Source: Nitrospirota bacterium
GTDB taxonomy: Bacteria > Nitrospirota > UBA9217
Assembly: GCA_963790205.1 (NCBI GenBank)
Contig: CAWBNQ010000001.1
Span: forward strand, 1,120,001-1,184,000
DNA length: 64,000 bases
Direction: 5' to 3'
Part shown: positions 9,132 through 16,265 of the stretch, one piece after another
Layout of the letters: every line of letters starts with the position of its first letter
How positions within the stretch are numbered: position 1 is the stretch's first letter
Notes under the pieces: generated by a model
What the model was told of the DNA's origin: nothing
The model's input: the letters and a program-made list of their open reading frames with translations, nothing else
Database searches by the model: none
Made by a program: the position numbers and the translations under genes

Positions 9132-10559
9132 ATGAGGCTGCTTATAGCCATTATCCTGCTGGCGTTAATTCCCATTGCCGCTTTCCCCGAAGAGAAGGGA
9201 AAGGCCATCTATGACCAGTGGTGCTCGTCGTGCCACGGCGAAAAAGGGGACGGGAAGGGCCCTGCTGCCGATTTCGTGTGGCCGAAACCGAGAGACTTTA
9301 CCAAAGGTACGTTCAAGTTCAAATCGACCGGGTCCGGCGAGCCTCCCCTCGATTCTGACATCATGCGCACGATCCGGGAGGGGAACCCCGGCACCTCGAT
9401 GCCGGCTTGGAAGCGGTTCAGCGATGACGAGGTAAAGTCGCTGGTGGCGTATATCAAAGCGTTTTCGCCCGATACCTTTTCGATACAGGGCACCCCTTTC
9501 AAGATCGGAAGCCCTTCGGGCAGCAAAGACAAGATGACGGCACTGGGGAAGGAGATGTACCAGACCGCGAAGTGCTGGGAATGCCACGGCAAGGCGGGAA
9601 GGGGCGACGGCGAGAAGGGCTGGCAGGAAAAGTTCAAGGACGATTGGGGGAACAGGATCTATCCCGCCGACCAGACCCACCCCTGGGAATACCGGGCCGG
9701 CAGCGATCTGAAGGACGTGTTCAAGACGATTTCCGTGGGTTTTGATGGAACGCCCATGACCTCCTACGGGGACACGGTCCCGGATGAGAAAAGATGGGCC
9801 CTTGCGTATTACGTGCTGTCGCAGCAGCAGATAAGGAACCTCGGCCCGGCATTGCGGGTAAAGAAGGTGAAAGACCTCCCCGCTGCAACGGACGACCCGG
9901 TCTGGAAGAGCGTGGACTACCTCGACCTTCCGATGGCCGGGCAGGTGATCTTCGACCCGCGTGATTTTACGGCCCTCATAACGAACGCGAGGGTGCGCGG
10001 CGTCTACACCGGTTCGGAGCTGGCGGTGATGGTCGAATGGACCGACAAGCAGCAGAATCCGGCCAAGGGCGACGGCAGCCTCCCTCCTGATGCCGCGCGC
10101 ATACAGTTCCCCACGAAGATGACGGAAGGCGCCCGGCCGTATTTTTTCATGGGAGACAAGAAACTCGGGGTCAACGTCTGGCAGTGGAAGGCATCGGACA
10201 ATCTCGCGAACGAATTCATCGCAGCGGGACCGGATGAGGTCACGCAGCAGGAAAAACAGGATGTAAAGGTCGTTCCAACATATACCGAGGGGCAATACAG
10301 GATTCTCTTCACGAGGCCGCTCAATACGGGCGACGAGAAACATACGGTCTTCGAGATCGGAAAGTTCATGCCTTTTTCAGTTACCCTGTATGACGGCAGG
10401 AATCATGAGGCGGACAAGAAGGGCGCGATCTCCGCGTGGTACTATATGATGCTGGAACCCCCGACGCCGGCAACCGTGTATATTTTCCCGCCGATAGTAT
10501 TCTTGATTTTCCTGGGAATCGGGCTGCTGCTGCATAAAACAGTGAAGAACAGAGAATAG
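9132..10559 (+). CDS. Diheme cytochrome c fused to an ethylbenzene-dehydrogenase gamma-like (heme b, NxrC-like) domain, C-terminal TM anchor
   Basis: CSSCHG and CWECHG, PKPRDFT, GTSMPAW. C-terminal domain with EWTD...DAARIQFP...FFMGD...WQWKA. Signal peptide from ATG 9132 (upstream ATG at 9111). Confidence 0.8.
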   Translation: MRLLIAIILLALIPIAAFPEEKGKAIYDQWCSSCHGEKGDGKGPAADFVWPKPRDFTKGTFKFKSTGSGEPPLDSDIMRTIREGNPGTSMPAWKRFSDDEVKSLVAYIKAFSPDTFSIQGTPFKIGSPSGSKDKMTALGKEMYQTAKCWECHGKAGRGDGEKGWQEKFKDDWGNRIYPADQTHPWEYRAGSDLKDVFKTISVGFDGTPMTSYGDTVPDEKRWALAYYVLSQQQIRNLGPALRVKKVKDLPAATDDPVWKSVDYLDLPMAGQVIFDPRDFTALITNARVRGVYTGSELAVMVEWTDKQQNPAKGDGSLPPDAARIQFPTKMTEGARPYFFMGDKKLGVNVWQWKASDNLANEFIAAGPDEVTQQEKQDVKVVPTYTEGQYRILFTRPLNTGDEKHTVFEIGKFMPFSVTLYDGRNHEADKKGAISAWYYMMLEPPTPATVYIFPPIVFLIFLGIGLLLHKTVKNRE

Positions 10560-10569
10560 GCGCGGTAAT

Positions 10570-11565
10570 ATGTATAAAAAAATATTCATTCCCATCGATA
10601 ATTCGAAATATTCCCGTTTTTGCACGGACATCGGCGTGTCCCTGGCAGCGCGGTTCGGCTCGGAACTGACCGGCAGCCACGTGTACAGCGCGGCGCTGCA
10701 CGACAAGCGGTTCCGGGACATGGAGGTGGGACTTCCCGGGCACTACCAGGAGGAAGAAAGGCTGAAGAAATCAAGACAGGTCCATGATTCCCTGATCGGG
10801 GACGGCCTTAAGATGATCTCGGACGCCTATCTCGAATCCTTTAAAAAGGAATGCCGGGATTCCGCGGTGCCTTTCAACTGTAAAATGATGGAGGGGAAGA
10901 ACTGGTCGGAGCTCGTAAAAGATGTTCGAAGCAGCGGGTATGATCTGGTGATCATGGGGATCCTCGGCCTGGGTGCGATGAACGGCAACCTCATTGGAAG
11001 CGTGTGCGAACGGGTCGTGCGAAAAGTTGACGCCGACATCCTGGTGATTAAAAACGGCGCGCCTCTGAGCGGCAGACTGGTCGTGGCGATCGACGGGAGC
11101 GATCATTCCTTTTCCGCTTTGAAAAAAGCGCTGGCCCTCTGCAAGCGATTTCATGCGAAGATCGAAGCCGTATCCGTCTACGACCCCTATTTTCACCGGC
11201 GTGCTTTTCAGGCGCTTGTGGGGGTGCTTTCCGACGAAGCGGGAAAGATGTTTCGGTTCAAGGAGCAGGAAAAGCTCCACGATGAGATCATAGACGACGG
11301 GTTGGGCAAAATATACCAGGGCTACCTTGAACAAGCCGTTCAGATGGGGTCCGCTGAAGGGGTAGCAGTGAAAAGCACCCTTCTCGCAGGAAAGGCTTAT
11401 GACGAAATACATAAGCACCTGGAAAAAGATCCGCCGTCTCTTCTCATCGTAAGCCGCTTCGGCGCCCACAGGACCGACGAACAGGACATCGGCAATACCG
11501 CGGAGAACCTGCTCCGCCTCGCGCCGTGCAATCTGCTCATCACCGGCAGTTCTCATGCTGAGTAG
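10570..11565 (+). CDS. Tandem universal stress protein (2 x Usp)
   Basis: YKKIFIPIDNS, GSVCERVVR, LVVAIDGS, IGNTAENLLRLAPC. Confidence 0.9.
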   Translation: MYKKIFIPIDNSKYSRFCTDIGVSLAARFGSELTGSHVYSAALHDKRFRDMEVGLPGHYQEEERLKKSRQVHDSLIGDGLKMISDAYLESFKKECRDSAVPFNCKMMEGKNWSELVKDVRSSGYDLVIMGILGLGAMNGNLIGSVCERVVRKVDADILVIKNGAPLSGRLVVAIDGSDHSFSALKKALALCKRFHAKIEAVSVYDPYFHRRAFQALVGVLSDEAGKMFRFKEQEKLHDEIIDDGLGKIYQGYLEQAVQMGSAEGVAVKSTLLAGKAYDEIHKHLEKDPPSLLIVSRFGAHRTDEQDIGNTAENLLRLAPCNLLITGSSHAE

Positions 11566-11666
11566 CTCCTGACCGGATGCTGGAAAAAACCTCGCCCCCA
11601 AAGGAGATTATGCCGGCTGCTCTTCCCTCCGCGTCCTCTGCGAGCCCTGTGGCACATAGGTTTTTT

Positions 11667-12941
11667 ATGAACGACCTTCACGTCATATCCTGGAACGTTA
11701 CCAGGCGGTGCAATCTCGAATGCGCCCACTGCTACCTTCCCGCGACCACCAGAAAAGAGCGTCCCGGACTCTCATCCGCAGACGAACTCACCACGCAGGA
11801 GGCCTTTCAGCTTATCGACCGGATCGCATCCGTCAATCCCGAGGTCATGCTGATCCTTTCCGGGGGCGAGCCCCTCCTGCGGGAGGACATTTTTGAGCTG
11901 TCGACGTATGCATCGGGCAAGGGAATGATGGTCGTTTTGGGGTCCAACGGCCTCCTTATCAATGAAGCCGCGGCCCGCATGATGAAACAGAGCGGGGTGT
12001 CCGGGATAAGCATCAGTCTCGATTCCGTCAACCCCGAAATTCACGATGCCGTTCGCTCGCACACGGGCGCGTGGGAAAAGGCGGTTTCGGCAATCACGAT
12101 CTGTAAAAAGGAAGGGCTGTCAGTCCAGATCAATACGGTCGTTACCGGAAAGAACCATGACGAGCTGCCGCAATTGATCGCCTATGCCCGCGACCTCGGG
12201 GCGAAGGTCTTCAGTCCTTTTTTCCTGGTCTGCACCGGCAGGGGAGAAGAGATGACGGACCTCTCTCCGCTGCAATATGAAAAAGTCCTGTCGTTGATCG
12301 CCGAAGCGCAGGAGAAGCGCGATGATATCATGATACGGACACGGTGCGCACCCACGGTAAGACGGATCCTGCATCAGAAAAAACCCGGGTCGCGTCTTCT
12401 CACGATGGGCGCGGGCCGCTGTCTTGCGGGACGATCCTATTGCAGGATCACGCCCGAAGGGGACGTTACCCCTTGCCCGTATTTGCCCCTTTCAACGGGG
12501 AATATCCGGGAGCAGGACTTCGGCGACATCTGGCAAAATTCCGCGGTCTTTAATTCCCTGAGAAACCCCTCGCTCAAGGGCAAATGCAAAAAATGCGCAT
12601 ACCGGCTTCTCTGCGGCGGCTGCAGGGCGAGGGCGTACGCCGCCGGTCATAACGATTACCTGGGAGAAGATCCGTGGTGCGACTACCTGCCTCAAGGAGG
12701 AACTGTGATAAAATCGCCGACCTTTGAAACGAATGCGGAAGCAGCAGAGTCCGCGACATCAACACCCCTCTGGACCGCAGAGGCGGAGGAGCGCCTGAAA
12801 AAGGTCCCCTCGTTCGTCCGAAATATGGTGCGAGGCGCCGTCGTGCGCTATGCGGTCGAACATAAATGCCGGGAAATCACCCCGCAATTGATGGATGAAG
12901 TCCGGAAAAAGTCAGGAATGGGAGGAATGCATGGACATTGA
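11667..12941 (+). CDS. Radical SAM/SPASM protein (AhbD/NirJ-like) with C-terminal PCP_red-like domain
   Basis: CNLECAHC, SGGEP, SPASM cysteines (CLAG, PCPY, CKKC, CGGC). Tail WTAEAEERLKKVPSFVR. Start could be 11577. Confidence 0.85.
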   Translation: MNDLHVISWNVTRRCNLECAHCYLPATTRKERPGLSSADELTTQEAFQLIDRIASVNPEVMLILSGGEPLLREDIFELSTYASGKGMMVVLGSNGLLINEAAARMMKQSGVSGISISLDSVNPEIHDAVRSHTGAWEKAVSAITICKKEGLSVQINTVVTGKNHDELPQLIAYARDLGAKVFSPFFLVCTGRGEEMTDLSPLQYEKVLSLIAEAQEKRDDIMIRTRCAPTVRRILHQKKPGSRLLTMGAGRCLAGRSYCRITPEGDVTPCPYLPLSTGNIREQDFGDIWQNSAVFNSLRNPSLKGKCKKCAYRLLCGGCRARAYAAGHNDYLGEDPWCDYLPQGGTVIKSPTFETNAEAAESATSTPLWTAEAEERLKKVPSFVRNMVRGAVVRYAVEHKCREITPQLMDEVRKKSGMGGMHGH

Positions 12942-13212
12942 CGGTCTCTTAACAGAACAGGAAAAAACGTTTTTCCACCGAGTGGCAAAGCGGAAAATGC
13001 TTTTCCTGGCGTCAAGCATTGCGACGGTCGTCGTTGCCGCATCAATCCTTGTATATCACGGCCTGGTCGCTCACGACATGAACGACCTCCGGTTCGCCAT
13101 CATAATCATCCTCCTGCTCTCCGGCCGCGCATATATGAGGCTTTATAAGAGCGCCGTGATCTTCAGCAAGCTGAAACCCGGGCCGGTCACAGAACAGTCG
13201 AAACACGTTTGA
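12931..13212 (+). CDS. Small two-TM hypothetical protein
   Basis: GGAGG RBS, overlaps the previous stop, two hydrophobic stretches. Confidence 0.6.
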   Translation: MDIDGLLTEQEKTFFHRVAKRKMLFLASSIATVVVAASILVYHGLVAHDMNDLRFAIIIILLLSGRAYMRLYKSAVIFSKLKPGPVTEQSKHV

Positions 13213-13356
13213 TGCATTCCTGAAAAGCACGTTTGCCACGGAGACACACCCTGCTGTTGCCAAAACGCGGGTGCAGGCAGAGACACGGGGTCCCTCTACA
13301 GATTCCCCGCGCTCTCTTCTCGCCGCCGCCCGCTGTAAAATTCTATCAGAGCAACA

Positions 13357-13806
13357 ATGATGAGAAAGCCGATCATAGCCATAGTGGCAGTTTCGCTCGT
13401 CATCGCCGGCGTCTATTATCTTCACCGCGGTCCAAGCGCGGTGCCGGACGATAAGAAGGGAAAGATAGAAAAATTCATAAGAGCACTGGCTGCCGATACC
13501 TTGGAACAGGATTACCGAAGTCACGGCATCACTATTACTGTTCTGGTAACCAACGTAACGATCGACCGTATAACAAAAAAAGAAACAGAGCAGGACAATG
13601 TGTATTTTGCCCAGGGGAAAATCTCTTATATCATAAAAGGGAAACGAACGTGGCGGGACAAGGAGGGGAACCTTATACAGCTTGGACCCGAGCAGGAGAT
13701 CACCCACTGGTACACCTGCGGCGTTCTTGAAGACAGGTATCTCGGCGCTCTCTTCAAAGACGACAGAAATCGTCTCCAGTTTTACGCCGACAATCCCATG
13801 CAGTGA
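13357..13806 (+). CDS. Membrane-anchored hypothetical protein
   Basis: N-terminal TM helix followed by a soluble domain. Confidence 0.65.
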   Translation: MMRKPIIAIVAVSLVIAGVYYLHRGPSAVPDDKKGKIEKFIRALAADTLEQDYRSHGITITVLVTNVTIDRITKKETEQDNVYFAQGKISYIIKGKRTWRDKEGNLIQLGPEQEITHWYTCGVLEDRYLGALFKDDRNRLQFYADNPMQ

Positions 13807-13824
13807 TATATTCTCCTCCATTCC

Positions 13825-13910
13825 GCAATCCGAAATCGCCAATCCGCAATCGAATAAATCCCCATCGAATTGCTTGACAAAAACAGGCCGTATACTATAA
13901 TCGATCAGAA
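13825..13910 (+). repeat. Copy 1 of an ~85-bp direct repeat carrying a TTGACA-N16-TATAAT promoter
   Basis: Matches 15731-15815 with 5 substitutions and 1 indel by eye. TTGACA at 13874, TATAAT at 13896. Confidence 0.9.
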
Positions 13911-13956
13911 CTACCCACGAAAGAAGAATTACTTTCCCCTGGATTTGAAAGTATTG

Positions 13957-14268
13957 ATGCTGGGAGAGCGAAAATTGCTGGTCCCGAATGCTGAAAAGGT
14001 GAACATCACAAGGGACACCCTCACCGTTGACTTGAGCGACGGAAGGACCATTTCCGTTCCGCTCGCATGGTTCCCTAGACTGCTCCATGCCACGAACCAG
14101 GAACGCAAGCATTGGAAGCTTATCGGCAAGGGGCAGGGCATCCACTGGGAGGACATCGACGAGGACATCAGCGTCGGAGGACTGCTTACGGGAAGGCCGT
14201 CAGGGGAAACGCAAGAATCTTTCAAGAAGTGGCTGGAGCGGCGACAAACCAAGCGCAGGGCGCATTGA
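13957..14268 (+). CDS. DUF2442-family protein (putative antitoxin)
   Basis: LTVDLSDGRTISVPLAWFPRLLHAT...GIHWEDIDEDISV. Confidence 0.85.
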   Translation: MLGERKLLVPNAEKVNITRDTLTVDLSDGRTISVPLAWFPRLLHATNQERKHWKLIGKGQGIHWEDIDEDISVGGLLTGRPSGETQESFKKWLERRQTKRRAH

Positions 14269-14292
14269 CGCAAGTCTGAGTCAGGTGAGACG

Positions 14293-14949
14293 ATGCTGCG
14301 ATTTCAAAGACCGCCGGATGCTGTGTTTCAGGCTATACTGCGCGATAGCATGGATTTTTCAATCGACTTTATCCATATTCTGATTGAGAATAACGAATAC
14401 GACGAGTCGCGCGCGAGAGAAGACATGAAGTCGGATTGCCCCGCGATGGCAAAAGTATTCACTCCGTCGCTTGCCCGGACCACGCTGCTGAAATTAAGAA
14501 AGTGTCTGGACAGGCCTGAAATATATTCTCTGAATAACTACCATTATCTCCTCCTCTTTGACGCAATTGCTTATTATGCCGACATACACAATGATATGAT
14601 TCCAATGGCGGAAAGCAGGGGAGAGAGAAAAGAAGCGTCCTTTGTGGACCCATTTTACATTGAAACAATTGACGTGGACGGCCTTCTTGGGTTGTATTTT
14701 TTTGACACGGATTTTTTAACCGACGCGGAAACGATGCTGAATGTTCCGGACTGGTTTAGAGCTTCATACAGCCCGGAAACGTTTGGTTTGTCTCTGGGAA
14801 TGTTGCCGCATGACGAGGAATTGGAACTGAAAATCGATACGGATGAAGATGCGGGCTTGTATAAGGTGACTCCGTCCGATTACTTCGGCCCGAAATCAAA
14901 GGTATATCCTGATTTTGATTATTGCCATGACCAGCATCCTGAAAAATAA
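14293..14949 (+). CDS. Acidic hypothetical protein
   Basis: 218-aa ORF with RBS-like AGGTGA. No recognised motif. Confidence 0.65.
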   Translation: MLRFQRPPDAVFQAILRDSMDFSIDFIHILIENNEYDESRAREDMKSDCPAMAKVFTPSLARTTLLKLRKCLDRPEIYSLNNYHYLLLFDAIAYYADIHNDMIPMAESRGERKEASFVDPFYIETIDVDGLLGLYFFDTDFLTDAETMLNVPDWFRASYSPETFGLSLGMLPHDEELELKIDTDEDAGLYKVTPSDYFGPKSKVYPDFDYCHDQHPEK

Positions 14950-15008
14950 AGCTCATGCGGCGTTTGGCCCCTTTAGAATCCTTTGACGATAAAGACCGCG
15001 CGCCCTTC

Positions 15009-15035
15009 TTGACAATATCATTTAAATGATATAAT
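15009..15035 (+). promoter_or_regulatory. TA promoter with perfect 18-bp palindromic operator
   Basis: TTGACA at 15009, ATATCATTTAAATGATAT palindrome at 15015-15032, TATAAT at 15030. Confidence 0.75.
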
Positions 15036-15063
15036 ATTGCGAATGCGGTAACAAGGAGGCCCC

Positions 15064-15336
15064 ATGCCGGTGATAAAACCCATTTCCGACCTGCGCAACA
15101 AGGCGAACGAGATCTCGGACCTCGCCCACAAGCTGAATGAACCCATCTTTATAACCAAAAACGGCGAGGGCGACATGGTCGTTATGTCCATGGCGCGATA
15201 CGCGCAGTTTCAGTTGAAGCTCGACCTTTTCAGCAAACTTGCCGTGGCCCAAAACCAGATCGCCTCCGGCGACAAGGGGAGAACGCTCAAGCAGGTCATG
15301 ACGGACCTCAGGAAAAGGCTTCATGAGCCCGCGTAA
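15064..15336 (+). CDS. Phd/YefM-family antitoxin
   Basis: IKPISDLRN...EPIFITKNGEGDMVVMS. Confidence 0.92.
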   Translation: MPVIKPISDLRNKANEISDLAHKLNEPIFITKNGEGDMVVMSMARYAQFQLKLDLFSKLAVAQNQIASGDKGRTLKQVMTDLRKRLHEPA

Positions 15337-15631
15337 GCTTGCGGTCAAGCTCCTCAGGATCGCGGAAGACGATCTCGCCGAAATCATCACGTTTATTGCG
15401 GAGGATGACATAGTCGCCGCCGAAAAGCTTGCCGACAAAATTGAGACCCGGCTTGCACGGCTCGCGGACCATCCCGCTCTTGGCAGAATCCCGGCTGAAG
15501 AGGAGCTCGCCCGGCTTGGCTACCGCTATCTTGTCGTTGACAATTATCTTGTTTTCTATACCGTGAGCGCACAGACAGTCCTTATCCACCGGGTCATTCA
15601 CGGCGCGAGAGACTACGTCAATCTGCTTTAG
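15323..15631 (+). CDS. RelE/ParE-family toxin
   Basis: AEDDLAEIITFIA...YRYLVVDNYLVFY...HRVIHGARDY. Overlaps the antitoxin gene. Confidence 0.92.
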   Translation: MSPRKLAVKLLRIAEDDLAEIITFIAEDDIVAAEKLADKIETRLARLADHPALGRIPAEEELARLGYRYLVVDNYLVFYTVSAQTVLIHRVIHGARDYVNLL

Positions 15632-15730
15632 CGGGGCGCTGGAAATATTCCGCATTCCGCATGACAGTCGTCTTGCGTTTGAGCTTCCTGCACTCTGAAC
15701 TCTGAACTTTGAACTGCAATTAGCCAATCT

Positions 15731-15815
15731 GCAATCCGAAATCGCCAATCCGCAATCGAATAAATCCCATCGAATCTCTTGACAAAAGCAGGCCGTGTAC
15801 TATAATCGACCAGAA
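15731..15815 (+). repeat. Copy 2 of the ~85-bp promoter-containing direct repeat
   Basis: TTGACA at 15779, TATAAT at 15801. Confidence 0.9.
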
Positions 15816-15835
15816 TTGCATTGGGAGGTAAGTTC

Positions 15836-16156
15836 ATGAAGATCGACATTACTCAGCTTGCCGAGGATGAACTCATTGATCTCCACCGCCGAATCACCGA
15901 ACGCTTGCGTTTTCTGAGTCAAACACGGGCGCACCATAAGATGCTGGAATTCAAGGTGGGAGATCGGGTGAGCTTCAAACCGGACGACCGTCCTGCGCTT
16001 TGTGGCGTGCTGACCAAGTATAACAAAAAAACAGTCACGATCATTACCGACAACGGGGAGCACTGGAACGTCGCATCGGGGCTCCTGACGTTGGCGAAGG
16101 AAGTGAAAGCTTCGGAAAGTAAGCAGTCAAACGTCATTCAAATGCCCAAGCGGTAA
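15836..16156 (+). CDS. Hypothetical protein (possible SH3/KOW-like beta-barrel)
   Basis: GGAGG RBS. FKVGDRVSF...GVLTKYNKKTVTI...WNVA. Confidence 0.75.
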   Translation: MKIDITQLAEDELIDLHRRITERLRFLSQTRAHHKMLEFKVGDRVSFKPDDRPALCGVLTKYNKKTVTIITDNGEHWNVASGLLTLAKEVKASESKQSNVIQMPKR

Positions 16157-16265
16157 GGAGTGAGCGCAACGCGTGCAACAACGGGTTGCCCCGATATACT
16201 TTTCTGAAATACACAACAGTTCATACTGAAGCTTGTGAATTACCTTTGATCAGGCTACAATTCTA

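Noticed and set aside
9132..10559. Evidence for a nitrite oxidoreductase or nitrate reductase
   Set aside because: Only a gamma-like domain is present; no molybdopterin alpha or Fe-S beta subunit in the window.
16165..16195. attC-like start (tgcaacaacgggttgc) and a similar end-like stretch at 14951-14970
   Set aside because: Only half-sites, with no matching R and L boxes.
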